From Wallemia ichthyophaga EXF-994 (lineage: Eukaryota > Fungi > Basidiomycota), in contig NW_008806283.1 in NCBI RefSeq assembly GCF_000400465.1, positions 206,001 through 268,000 on the forward strand: DNA of 62,000 nt. Reading direction: 5' to 3'. A program made the translations under genes and the position numbers. Within the stretch, counting starts at the first letter, position 1, and the number at the start of each line of letters is the position of its first letter. Shown here in pieces: positions 36,481 through 48,966 of the stretch. Under the pieces are notes generated by a model. The model had not been told where the DNA came from. It made no database searches and saw only the letters and a program-made list of their open reading frames with translations.

Positions 36481-36526
36481 ACTACGTAGCGCGATACGCT
36501 GGCAAACATCTTAAACTCATACCACA

Positions 36527-38540
36527 ATGAACATCAATTTCAGGCATACGCTCAGCCTTCTCCTAGTGGGAATCCTGGCAATCCTTGGATGCCTATCTAG
36601 CGTACAAGCACAAGAGAATGATTATGGTTAGTGTCTTGCTGGTATTTTGTATCATCCAGCTCACACGGCTCATAGGAACTGTTATCGGTATTGATCTTGG
36701 TACCACTTACTCTGCTGTCGGTGTTCTCCGTGGTGGCCGCGTCGATATCATCGCTAATGAACAAGGAAACCGTATTACTCCATCGTGGGTCGCTTTCACA
36801 GACGAAGGAAGACTCGTCGGTGAATCTGCAAAGAACCAGTACTCTCAAAACCCTACAAACACTGTTTTCGACGCTAAGCGCTTCATCGGTCGCAAAATGG
36901 ATGACCCAGACATGAAACGCGACGTAAAGCACCTTCCTTTTTCAATCAAATCAAAGCAAAACAAGCCTTCGATTGAGGTTGAATGGAAGGGCGATGATAA
37001 GTCTTTCCAACCTGAAGAAATTTCAGCTATGGTTCTCGGTAAAATGAAGGAAACTGCTGAGCAATACCTCGGTACTTCTGTTACTCACGCTGTCGTTACT
37101 GTTCCTGCCTACTTTAACGACGCTCAACGTCAAGCTACAAAGGACGCTGGTACCATCTCTGGTCTCAATGTTCTCCGTATCATCAATGAGCCAACCGCCG
37201 CTGCAATCGCTTATGGTCTCGACAAGAAGGATGACAAAGAATCTCGCATTCTCGTCTTCGATTTGGGTGGTGGTACTTTCGATGTCTCATTGTTATCCAT
37301 CGATGATGGTGTCTTTGAAGTTTTGTCTACTGCTGGTGACACTCACCTTGGTGGTGAAGACTTTGACAACCGTGTTCAAGACTACCTTGTTAAGCAATAC
37401 AAGAACAAGACTGGCCAAGACCCTTCAAAGAACAAGCGCTCAATGGGTAAACTGAAGCGTGCAGTTGAACAAGCAAAGCGTCAACTCTCCTCACAAGCAT
37501 CTACAAAGGTTGAAATCGAAGCCTTTTTCCAAGGTGATGATATGGTAGAGACTCTCACTCGTGCCAAGTTTGAGGAAATCAACAACGACCTCTTCCGCAA
37601 GACTTTAAAGCCAGTTGAACAAGTTCTTAAGGACGCAAAGGTTAGCAAGACTGAAGTTGACGACATTGTACTCGTTGGTGGTTCAACCCGTATTCCAAAG
37701 GTTCAACAACTCCTCCAAGACTTCTTTGACGGTAAGCAACTCTCAAAGGGCATTAACCCAGATGAGGCTGTTGCATACGGTGCTGCTGTTCAAGGTGGTG
37801 TTCTCTCCGGTGAATCATCAGCTGACGATATCTTGTTGATTGATGTTTGCCCACTTACTCTCGGTATTGAGACAACTGGTGGTGTGATGACCAAGCTCAT
37901 TCCACGTAACACTCAGTTGCCAACCAAGAAATCACAAATTTTCTCAACTGCAGCAGACAACCAACCAACTGTGTTGATTCAAGTTTATGAAGGTGAAAGA
38001 TCGATGACCAAGGACAACAACTTGCTCGGTAAATTTGAACTCACTGGAATTCCACCAGCACCACGTGGATCACCACAAATTGAAGTAACATTCGAATTGG
38101 ATGCTAATGGTATTCTCAAGACAACTGCAGCAGATAAGGCATCTGGTCGTTCAGAGTCAATCCAAATCAAGAACGAGAAGGGTAGATTAACACCAGAAGA
38201 CATTGAAAGAATGATCCAAGAAGCAGAAGAATTCGCTGCTGATGATGAGGCACAAAAGTCAAAGGTAGAATTGCGCAACAACTTTGACGGATTCATTGGA
38301 ACCGTCAGAAGTCAACTCAACGACAGCGAAGGATACGGTGGAAAGTTGTCTAAGGAAGACAAGCAAGCATTACAATCAGAGTTGAAGGATGCTGAAGCAT
38401 GGATCCAAGAGCAAGGACAATACTCAGAACCACAAGAGATTGAAGACAAGCTTTCGGAGGTACAAGCATTTGTGTCTTCGATAACTTCAAAGTTGTATGA
38501 AGAAGGTGGACACAGCGACCATCACCACGATGAACTCTAA
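36527..38540 (+). CDS. KAR2: ER Hsp70 chaperone BiP, 2 exons
   Basis: Signal peptide [25 protein letters not shown]; [11 protein letters not shown]; [18 protein letters not shown]; C-terminal HDEL. Confidence 0.97.
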
Positions 38541-38632
38541 ATGTCTTAATATTTCATTTTCTCTTGCATGGATAAATTATATCTTTAGATGGGTTTGAGT
38601 GGGTTATTAAACCTTCTTAGTTGACAACAACC

Positions 38633-41060
38633 ATGTCTTCTCAAGAGACTTCATCGCTGCTTGCGTGGATAAACAGCTACGAGGATGTGCTGGATGGGAA
38701 TTCTGTGACTGAGATAACACAACTATCCGATGGACTTGTTCTTTCTAGGATTCTCAACAAAGTGTTAGTGGTGATGTCACAGCGTGTGTCCTCTAACGAG
38801 AAATGCAGTGACCCAGAAGCATTCCCTGCGCCGCAGAAGAAGGAAACAGACAGCACGTTCACTACAAAATTACAATCACTCACTCGCTTACAAGCCAGCT
38901 TGACTTGTCTTCTCCCAAACCTCCCACCGCTCAACCTAAGTGTAATTGCTTCAACTGCGGCTGAGAATGAGGTTGTCCAGCTCGTGAAGCATGCTCTCAT
39001 TGCCGCCGTTAAAGGCGCTGGTGGACCTTCTGTAGTTCAAGGCATAGGTCAGCTCGGTGAGGATGTCGGTGCGGGGCTGATGCTTGCAATCACCCCAGTC
39101 ATGACTAGACTCGATGAGCCTACTGTCGACAATTCGGACTATTACGCACTTCTCTCCACCCACACCGCACTGACCCACGATAAGAAGTCGATCGAGACTG
39201 CGTACAAGCAACTGCTAGACGATATGCGTTCTTTGCGAGCAGAGCATGACGATACCATCGCTGAGCTTGCTGGACTGCGCGATGAAGCTGTGGATCACCA
39301 ACCGTCTCCGATCTCAAGCCGCGCTGAAGAGTCCCTTCGCAATGAGCTGGTCAGAGTCAAAGACGAGCTGCAGAGGTCGGAAGACTCCCTCGCTGAGTCT
39401 GAGGCGACTAGCGAGCGTCACACTTTGACTATCAGAGATCTGCATAGAAAGATGGACGATCTCTCAGCGAAAGCTGCCGAGACATCTACACTGCGTGACC
39501 AGCTGGAAGAGAACAAACACGCAGCGGCGCAATTGCAGAAAACGGAAAATGTCATCGAAAAGTACAAACAGAAGCTGGAGGAGTCGGCCAGCCTCCGTAG
39601 ACAGTTCAAATCGCTCGAGGACCAGAACGCCAGACTTGTGGATGTCAACGCGTCGCTCGAAGCCAACGCTAAGCAACTCAACGCGACAAAAAGCCTCGCT
39701 GATAACTACAAGACCCAGTTTGTCGATCTCGAGAATAGACATGCGCAGCGCATGAAAGAACATCAACATCTGTCACATGAGCTCACGCAATTGAGATTAT
39801 CGCACAGCGCTCTCGAGGAGGAGAAATTGAGGGCGTCGGAGCATGTCTATCTGCTAGAAGAGAAGTTGAAGGAAATGGAGGTGGATAAAACACACGCTGA
39901 TACACACGAAATACTATCCAAACAGACTCAACATTCTCATGAAAAGAATAGCGATGACTTGGAGCTGGAGTTGAGCGACAATTCGACAACAGATCTCAAA
40001 CTCCAAGTAAGAAGGCTGGTTAAGGAGTTGGAGTCGGTGAGGAGCGACAAAGGGACCGACCCTGATAGGGCTCTTGTGCTCGAGAATGTACTTGCAGATA
40101 CCCAGAAGATGAAGGAGCGCTACGAGGCTGACTGGATGAGCGAACTCACTGAGAAGCTTGATCTGCAGAGAAAAATGGACGAAATCAGGAGGGGTATGGA
40201 TGAAGGGTCGGGTGATGGGTGAGTGTGCGCACCACCGCAGTGCAGTCTAACACTCCAAATAGCCCTGAAGTCGTCACAGCACTGCGACAACGCTTGAACG
40301 AGTCGACGGATCAACTCGACAGGATTAAGAGTAGCTTCGCGGAGCTGCAATCAGTGCATAATGGAGTTACTGAGGAGCTGACTCGAGCTAAATCTGATAG
40401 TGAGCCAAGTGGACCTAACGCGTGTCTCGCTTACCAACCCCGCAGTGACACTCGTTTCCAAGGACCAGATAGACATACTAAACTCGCTGAGGCAGAGTGT
40501 AGATGAAGACAAGCTAGAGATGGGCAAAGAGAACGACAGTCTGAAAGAGACAGTGAGGCGGATGGAGCAGCACGAGAAGGAGACGCTCGAGAAGATGAAT
40601 AGGATGTTGATGGAGAGGGTAGATGAAGGTTCATTAGGGTGAGTGTGACCAGCTACACACGCAAAAAAGCGCTCCTAACCACTAACACCAAGTGCACACA
40701 ACCGCGGCATGACCGAGAGCGACAAGGACTACATGTCGTCGCTGATGGGCGATCTGCACAAACCTCACAGCAGAGAGACGGAGTTGAGCGAGCGGGTTAA
40801 CAAAGCAGAGTCGCAAGTCCACGCACTCACTCTCGCCATGGACGACATGAAGAAGAGACACCTCAAACGTCGCCAAGAAATGTTCCTGAACCACAGCAAA
40901 GTGGCGAGCATGATGGACGACGAACCCGCGAGCGACAGACCACCACAAAAGCACTCGTGGTTGGGTATGCAGAGAGCGAATGTGAGTTTTGAATTTGTAC
41001 AAGAAAACTCAAAATGACTAATGCTGTGCAATCCAGCTCGATGGTTCTCTCTCACCGTAA
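38633..41060 (+). CDS. HOOK-family dynein/endosome adaptor (Hok1/HookA-like), multi-exon
   Basis: N-terminal Hook domain (LLAWINS..LSDGLVLSRIL), long coiled coil (VIEKYKQKLEE..LEDQNARL), C-terminal SWLGMQR. Confidence 0.85.
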
Positions 41061-41355
41061 TAACATTATCACTATATCGTTACAATACCACCTGCATAAA
41101 TTTGTGTAGTATCATTAAATTGTCTCATATACCTGAATGTCTGGGTCTGTCGAGTGTTTGGGGTGTTTGAGGTGTTGGAAATTGTGAAAATCTTCATCCT
41201 TCACGCTTCATATTCGTAAGAAGTCTGTACAGCTTTGCAGTGCCCAGCTAGCAGCACTTTCAGGAGATTTGGACGTGTTGTAAGAGCTTAAAAGCGGTTT
41301 AATGCTCAACAGTAGCAAGTATCAACTCCATACAGACTACATACACACCACACAA

Positions 41356-41813
41356 CTGAAATACTCAATCGCAATCAACGCAACCATCGCAATGCTCGTA
41401 CTCGTCGTCACTGCATACTTCGCAGAAGCAGCCCCACTGTCGATATTGTCGACCAACCGTCAGATGGAGTAGCGCGGCTATCACGGTATGAGGAATGTGA
41501 GTGGTGTCCTGGCTAACGATGCACGCAATTTTGACAAGAGTGACGGAAAGAAGGATGGCTACGTTGATCACAACAAGCTTCATCGGTAAGGGTAGGAAGG
41601 ATGATGTTGATGATGGGGCGGATGGCGGCAACAAAGCGAGGCCTGTGCCACAGAAGCAGCAGACCGATAGCAAGAAGGGCGGCAACGACGACGCCAAAAT
41701 GAGAAAAAACTGTATGTGAATGTCTTAGTTTGCGATGAGCGCTGCTAACATTTCACGCAGCGAAGCACGATAACAAGGACTACAAAACTCAAGGCAGCAA
41801 GAAGCGCGACTGA
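41356..41813 (+). pseudogene. Putative decayed small secreted hydrophilic protein gene
   Basis: Signal-peptide-like (CTG)KYSIAINATIAMLVLVVTAYFAEAAP; in-frame TAG at 41470-41472; perfect last intron 41712-41760 joining K/D-rich exons. Confidence 0.4.
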
Positions 41814-41920
41814 TGTGAAGACTTTGACAGTCACTGCTCGCCAGTCACATCCTCAGCCACTCAAATCAAATATGCTCGCTCACATCCACACGATACATAG
41901 ACAATTAAACTTGATAATCA

Positions 41921-43168
41921 TCACTTATTCTCAATACATGTTTTCATAGCGTCGATAATGAGCTTCTTGGTGGGCAGTTCTGTCTTAGTGTGTGCGAAAG
42001 CGAGGAGGGGCAATTTTCTCAGGAATCTACCACTGACGTCCTTCTTCTTGCAGAGAACAGCGATAGTGTTGAGAGAAGTGTTGTCGTCGATGAGGAGGTT
42101 TTTCTCAAACAACTCAGCCAGACAACTGCCCAAGATGACTTCTATAGCTTTAGTGGAGGGGTTGCCGATATACTGCTGAATGTCAGCTCTATCAACAAAA
42201 GCGTCATCAATAGCAGCTGTGATGTTAGAGGTAGCTATGATGAGAACGTTTTTCCTTTGTTTAAGTTTGTCTATCTGGGTGAGCAGGGCGTTGACGACTC
42301 TGATAGCGTCACTAGGTTCGTTACCGTTGACCGCAGCTTGGCGGGCGCCCGTAAGCGACTCGACTTCATCGATGAGCAGGGTGACAAAGACAGCGTCGTC
42401 GTCGCACAGCCTGTTGATCATCTCGAACAGCGCGTGCACGAGTTTTCCCGACTCGGAGAACCACTTGGAGAAGAGGGAGTGGGCGTTGATCTCGACGAGT
42501 CGACCTGATACATAGAGCGTGTTGAGACGTATGCTCAGTTTATGCGCAAGGGCCTGCGCCAGACTCGTCTTGCCCGTACCAGGTGGACCGTGTAGCAGAA
42601 CTATCCGGTTCCACGCAATAACTCGCGGATCAATATCGTGTGCTGAGAAACGTAGCGTTGTGTTGATGTATTGCAGCAGATTGTGCTTGATCGCCTCGTC
42701 ATACACCAGCGTATCCCACAGCCCGTCTGTCGCAGTACTGGGCAAGTCAAGGACGGAAGCTGCTTTCTCGGTGGAGAGTTGGTCGTTGTCGTGCTCATGC
42801 TCATCGTCCTCGGTTAAGTGGTGCAGATCGAGTGCGGTATCGCTATAGAGCTGGTATGCGTGTGCTTGGAAGTGAGTGTGTGGGTTTGTGTGGGTGAGTG
42901 TGTGTGTATCGTCTGTGAACCTCACCAACTCAATCTGGGTGCGTAATTCGTTGTTTAAATGTTGCAATAAGTGGGTGGATAACTGGCTGGTATTTCCGCC
43001 GCTACTTGTATCAGTGAATTTGTGTACGCTCGGTATTTCCACAGCCACTTGAAACATTCCTAACCCGCGACAAACCGCATCAGCCGCCTCGGTGAAGTCT
43101 ACGTCAGCTTCTGGCGTAAGCTGCACCTCGACTGGAGTGAATATGGGAGTGAGTGTGCTATTAGACAT
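41921..43168 (-). CDS. PCH2: Pachytene checkpoint AAA+ ATPase Pch2/TRIP13
   Basis: WNRIVLLHGPPGTGKTSL, EINAHSLFSKWFSESGKLV, LIDEVESL, EPSDAIRVVNALLTQID, DDAFVDRAD, SGRFLRKLP. Confidence 0.93.
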   Translation of the reverse strand: MSNSTLTPIFTPVEVQLTPEADVDFTEAADAVCRGLGMFQVAVEIPSVHKFTDTSSGGNTSQLSTHLLQHLNNELRTQIELVRFTDDTHTLTHTNPHTHFQAHAYQLYSDTALDLHHLTEDDEHEHDNDQLSTEKAASVLDLPSTATDGLWDTLVYDEAIKHNLLQYINTTLRFSAHDIDPRVIAWNRIVLLHGPPGTGKTSLAQALAHKLSIRLNTLYVSGRLVEINAHSLFSKWFSESGKLVHALFEMINRLCDDDAVFVTLLIDEVESLTGARQAAVNGNEPSDAIRVVNALLTQIDKLKQRKNVLIIATSNITAAIDDAFVDRADIQQYIGNPSTKAIEVILGSCLAELFEKNLLIDDNTSLNTIAVLCKKKDVSGRFLRKLPLLAFAHTKTELPTKKLIIDAMKTCIENK

Positions 43169-43602
43169 TCTAAACAAACTCACCGTGGCACAAGTCCATG
43201 TTGGTAGTCGTCTTGGCACTCGAATTGGATGGTGACATCTTCTTCACAACCAGTGTAGGCAAATGTAGGCGAATGTCGGATGTTATAGACACTTATTTGA
43301 CATGTATTTGCGCGGGATTGTTTACAGGCCAAGCATTCTCACCACTGTGATGAAAATATAGTCACATAAACACATATTATCACATATTATCAAATATAGA
43401 CAGCTGAAAATTGGTATCAAACATCGAGTATAACGAGTAGTGTAGGTGGGCGAGTAATTATTTATCATCTTATTGATTTTTATTTAAGAATGTTAAAATA
43501 GATCAAACGTCATCACATCTGAAGGAGGGCTGGGTTATTCATACGTTGTTGAATCAGCGAATATCGCAGCACTCATCTCGAAACACTCAAAAAGTAGAAA
43601 AA

Positions 43603-44669
43603 ATGACACTTAACCTACAAAATACATATCAAGGAGCTAGCTTCTTTGATAATTGGGTTTACAACTACTCAGCTATCGATAATACAACACAAGGGAATGT
43701 ACACTACCTCGACAAACCAAACGCAGAGAAGCAAAACTTGACCTATGTTAATGACGCAGGTAATGCTATTATGCGCGTCGACAACTTCACAGATGGCAGT
43801 GACGATCCCTCCTTCGGACGTAATAGCGTGAAGCTGGTCAGTAAAGATGCATTCGATATTGGAAGCATGGTGGTTATGGATGCATCACACCTCCCATACG
43901 GTGAAAGCGTGTGAGTGGGAGTTTTTATAGGAAATGTTTCAGTTTGCTAAAATGAGAAAAACAGCTGGGGAGCATTCTGGACACTAAACAATCTCTCAAA
44001 GCAAGATGACGACGGGGAGATTGATATCTTTGAAGGCGTTAATGGACAGGAGAGTAATAGGGTTGCGTTGCACACGCGCGAGGGATGCACCCAGTCTAAC
44101 ACCACTGACGTTGACTACACTGGCCAAGTAATGAGCACAGACTGTTACTACCGCAAGAATGGAAATGAAGGCTGCTCTTACGAATCAAAGGATAACAGGT
44201 CTTACGGTAAGCAGTTCGCGGATAATGACGGCGGTGTTATGGCTATGAGTTGGGATGGTAAGGGTATTCAAATGTGGTTTTGGAGCAGAGCAGAAATACC
44301 AGAAAGCATTAAGAACGACTACCAGATCCACATAATGGTGATTTAGGAAGTCCTATGGCGTATTATCCAGCTAGCAGCTGTAATCCAAGGGAATACTTCG
44401 AGGAACAGAATTTAGTGATGGATATTACACTCTGTGGACTTTGGGCGGGTGAGACGTATAACGCCAACCACGACGACAAGTGTGCATCATTAGTGCCAGA
44501 TCCATCAAACTACGATAACGCGTATTTCGAGATACGTAGCGTGAAGACGTTTAGTGGTGGAATTACAGAGGTGGAAGGCGCACAAGATGGGGGAAGCGAG
44601 GGAAATAAGAGTGGTATATCCCATCTACTCCTACTCGCGCTTTCTGGCTTGATTTATTTTGTATTTTAA
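43603..44669 (+). pseudogene. GH16 fungal Lam16A-like beta-glucanase with an apparent 1-nt frameshift (~44320) and no signal peptide
   Basis: YQGASFFDNW, RNSVKL, intact EIDIFE catalytic motif, LHTREGC, DITLCGLWAG, GPI-like hydrophobic tail; frame break between NDY and PDP..GSPMAYYP. Confidence 0.75.
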
Positions 44670-44727
44670 AATAAATAACTAAATTCATTCTTGATTGGTC
44701 ACCGTCATCTAGTCTGTTACGCGTGAA

Positions 44728-46212
44728 ATGGATTCCAATTGGAGATTTGCACAGTGCTTTGGGGATAAGGTGGGCATTATAAAAATGCAAGTGGATCCAT
44801 GTTTATATTTCGCAGGGAGACGTGGAGGAAGTTACAGAGGGTTCGTTGTTGTAGGCGTACACACCGACACCGACTGATTCCCCTACAGCAGATATAATAT
44901 CCACAGTGGAATTCGACCAGACAGGCGACTACCTCGCAACGGGCGACAAGGGTGGCCGCGTTGTTCTCTTTGAAAGGAATGAATCTGTGGGTTGGGTGCT
45001 CTGGCATTCCAATCACTCTAATCGCTATATTCACAGAAAAAAGGCTGCGAGTACAAATTTCATACTGAATTTCAATCCCACGAACCAGAATTTGATTATT
45101 TGAAGTCTTTGGAGATTGAGGAGAAGATTAACAAGATTAACTGGTGCAAGAGGCAGAATAATAGCCACTTCCTCTTATCCACAAATGACAAAACTATCAA
45201 GCTTTGGAAGGTATTTGAAAAATCACTCAAGGTTGTCTCAGAGAACAACCTCAGCGCCAGTCACCCTTCCCCACCCTCGTCTCTCAATCTCCCAAAGATC
45301 ACGCAGCCTCCTCATCCATCCACCACCAAGTCCCTCAGGCTACCGAGAATGTCTCATCATGACACCATCGTCGCTGCTGTTCCCCGCAAAGTCTACGCTA
45401 ATGCACACGCTTATCATATAAACTCTATCGCAATAAACAGTGACGGGGAATCTTACTTATCCGCCGACGACCTCAGAATCAACCTATGGAACTTGGGTAT
45501 CTCTGATCAGTCTTTTAACATAGTCGACATCAAACCAAACAGCATGGAAGATTTAACTGAGGTTATAACTGCTGCTGACTTCCACCCGATCCACTGCAAT
45601 CTCTTCATGTACTCTTCTAGCAAGGGTACTATCAAATTGGCCGACATGAGAGATCAGGCTTTGTGCGACCGACATGCAAAGTTGTATGAGGAGGAAGAGG
45701 ATCCTTCAAACAAATCCTTCTTCTCAGAAATAATCTCTTCCATATCTGATGTCAAGTTTTCTAAAGATGGCAGGTATATTCTCTCTAGGGATTACCTTAC
45801 ACTAAAAATATGGGATCTCAAAATGGATAACAAGCCAGTCAAAACAATCAATATCCACGACCATCTCCGCACAAAGTTATGTGAACTTTACGAAAATGAT
45901 TGCATCTTCGACAAGTTTGAGTGTACATTCTCAGGCGACGGTAATCAAGTTATGACAGGCTCTTACGACAACTACTTCCACATCTATAACAGCGATCCTG
46001 ACAACACCAACGACGTAGTCTTACAAGCAGACAAGTCTGCATTCAAGGCAAAGAAAATAGGCGCAAAGTCGTTTAATAAGAAGGATGATATCAATCTCGA
46101 CAACATCGATTTCAACAAGAAGATTCTACACGGTTCTTGGCATCCACATGAAGATACTATCGCAATCGGCGCAACTAACAACCTATTCCTATTCTCTCGA
46201 TTGTCTAGTTAG
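44728..46212 (+). CDS. CDC55: PP2A regulatory B55 subunit, 4 exons
   Basis: [10 protein letters not shown]|, [67 protein letters not shown]. Confidence 0.96.
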
Positions 46213-46679
46213 CTGGGAGTGGATAGTGATCACAAATGTAACATTATACAATATAATGCACACGATTTCTTTATTAGTGAAAATTCATTATTTATAAAGT
46301 TTATATACATTATTGTACATGATTATACATGATTATACATGTCCGCCTCCTGATTACGTCTAATGCGACAGATTCACATAAACTTTGCCCAGTTGGCCAA
46401 ATACTATAGCTTTTCGATGTAAAAGGAATCCTACACGCTTTACCACTGAGCATAAAGGTGTAGCTGTCAAAAGCCATGGAAGTTAAGATGAGGCATGTTG
46501 TGCCTTTTTATAGGTGTAAAAATTTAAAATGGCAAAAATTCTTATGTGAGTGAAAGGGGAAATGATTTATTACGTAGGCAGAATTGGGACTCTGCTAAGC
46601 CCTTTCGTGACTTTTATACCTGGTATTGCACTCACAAATCCCCAATAACGACTTTTCCATTTCTTCCATCGATGACATC

Positions 46680-48438
46680 ATGCTGCAATCGCTGCAATCA
46701 GCGCTGAGGGGAGAAGACAAGATAAAGTGTTTCTTTTGCGGAGCAAGTGCACCACGGCGGGTAAATCACAGCAATACACCACACGCACACGCAATCTCAT
46801 TCACATGCGCCTCGTGCCACCAACACAACGCTTACGGGGAGGACGGGGAGGTCCAGGATGTATACGCGCCCGTGACAGCCGCCACGCAGCACCAGCTGCG
46901 CTACCGCGGTCGAGGGCGTGGTGTGACGGCGGATGCACACACACATGCGCACACAAACGGAGAGAGAGAGAGCGACAGCCCCCTCTGTCGTACGTGCACG
47001 ACTAACCAGACACTCGTGCACACTCTCCTCACTAACAACCAGGACGAGTGCGACGGCGATGCGCAGCTACAGCGGTATAGGCACGCGCTTGAGACCCGTT
47101 ATCCCCCGCTTTGCTCTCCTTGTAAGGCCATGGTCGATGAGATCATCCAACAGCGCGATTATAAGGCTAAATCGGCTGCTTTGGGTGGACTGCTCGCGCG
47201 TAGTCGCGGGAGTGGTAGTAGCGGTCGGAATAGCAATAACAATAGCAATAACAATAACAATAACAATAACAATAACAATAACAATAACAATAACAATAGC
47301 ACTAGCAATAACAATAGCCTCAAACACTCACGCTCCCACTCCCCCGTCGGACGTTACTCGTATCTTGTGTGGTGTCTGCGCGGTGCGGCGTGGGTGTTGA
47401 ACAATGCACTGTATTGGCGCTTGCACTGGTGTGCTTATAAGCACTGGTATGTGTGTGGGTATGGACATGCACAAGATACACTACCGCTCTCACTCCCCCT
47501 CACTCACCCCCTCGCTATCCCACTCACGCTACTGTTCGCGTGCTGGGACCCGTCGTGGGGGCGAGCGCAGAAGCGGCGACGGCGCAGCGGGTGGGTCGTA
47601 GTGCGTGGGCGGGCGATGTGGATACGCGTGCAGCTGCTCGTCTGGCTCGAGCGGGCATGTCTAGTGCTCGCACTGGCGCTGGGCCTGCAGGTTAGGAGTG
47701 AGAGTGGGGTGTCACAAGTATCGCTCAGGCAAACTAAACACCTCACTCTCCCTTTCGCCCCACTCACCCTGCTACTTTTCGAAGTCGTCGTCCAGGCTTT
47801 CGCCCTCTCGCGTATCAGCGTCGTCGGGATGCGCCAACTTAACCTGTCGTCGACGGTTGGGCGGGGAGGGAGTGAATATGCTGGAGTGGCTGCAAGCAGT
47901 ACAAAAGATACTCCGTCTACTCAGCCTACAGACGCAGCAGCAGCAGCAGATAATCTCCACCATGCCCTCACCTTGGGCAACTTGGGCACCGCGGATATGG
48001 ACACGCTCAAGTCGCAGAAGTTGCCTGTGTTTGTGGGTCATGCGCTATATTGGTGTAGCTCACCTCAATAACTTTCATTAGGGCGAGGCATCACTCCGGC
48101 CGAGGGATGAGCGTGGAGAAGGGGAAACAGAGGGAAAACAAGATAAAACAATGGATAATGATGAAATGGAATGGATACCCGAAATAGAAAGCACTAGAGA
48201 GAGTCGTCAGCACCCTCGTTATAATCACGCGCTCAAACCACAGCGGTTCTTTGCACCACAGGATAAACAGCGCACGGGATTGGAAGGGCCATTGAGTAGT
48301 GTGAGCCTGGGTGGTATGAGTGATGTTAACAGGGGTGCTGATAGGGAGAAGAACGGGATGAAGATGGGAGTCGTGGTGGGCGTGTTGTTTGGTATAATAC
48401 TGGTACTACTCGCAGCTGTGTTTGCTTATAGTAAATAA
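46680..48438 (+). CDS. IMA1: Inner nuclear membrane protein Ima1/NET5-like, 2 exons
   Basis: Zn-binding CFFC..CASCHQHN..LCRTCTTNQ..LETRYPPLCSPC, TM segments, PQRFFAP..TGLE, terminal TM helix. Confidence 0.8.
47229..47318 (+). repeat. (AATAAC)n microsatellite encoding poly-Asn in IMA1
   Basis: Alternating AAT/AAC codons with sporadic AGC. Confidence 0.95.
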
Positions 48439-48966
48439 TAAATGAATTAATTTTTTCTTTTAAATTTTCACAGGTATAAATAACACGCGTCTGACATCTG
48501 AACAACTTGATCAAAAACCATCGATGGACATTATGCCACGATTATTGGGATCAAAGGTTTCCCGGTAATTGCCACGTCCGTTCGTAGATAAACAACCAAC
48601 TTTAAAAGAATCGTGCAGCTGCGTGTCCTTTGGCATGAGTAGGTGTGTGAGCCGAGAGTTGGTGACATTAAAATACTTGAAAGAAGCTTCAAATATGCTA
48701 GGGTAAGTGCATTGCATTCTCCTTTGATGCCCAGCACATGAAGTAATATTGTGATGACAAGAATAAAAAAAACTGATTTAATGAATGCGAGTAATTTAAT
48801 ACTTTGAGCTCAATAATTCTACGTCTGATAATTATTTAATGGCTGGGCAGGAGATAGACAAAGAGATTTATCTGACTTGGGTTGCAGATGTAGAGCTTAT
48901 AAAAGACGAAAATTTTGTAAAGATAGATATTACTATGATATACAGACATCTTGATAACTACCACGA

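Noticed and set aside
41365-41697. 110-aa minus-strand ORF with a Cys-rich tail
   Set aside because: Splice signals and signal-peptide pattern support the plus strand instead
48511-48737. Short minus-strand ORFs with an EF-hand-like FDPNNRGIMSIDGF and an 11-nt match to pseudogene copy B
   Set aside because: Key EF-hand ligands are missing; the match spacing is inconsistent with the paralog alignment; likely chance
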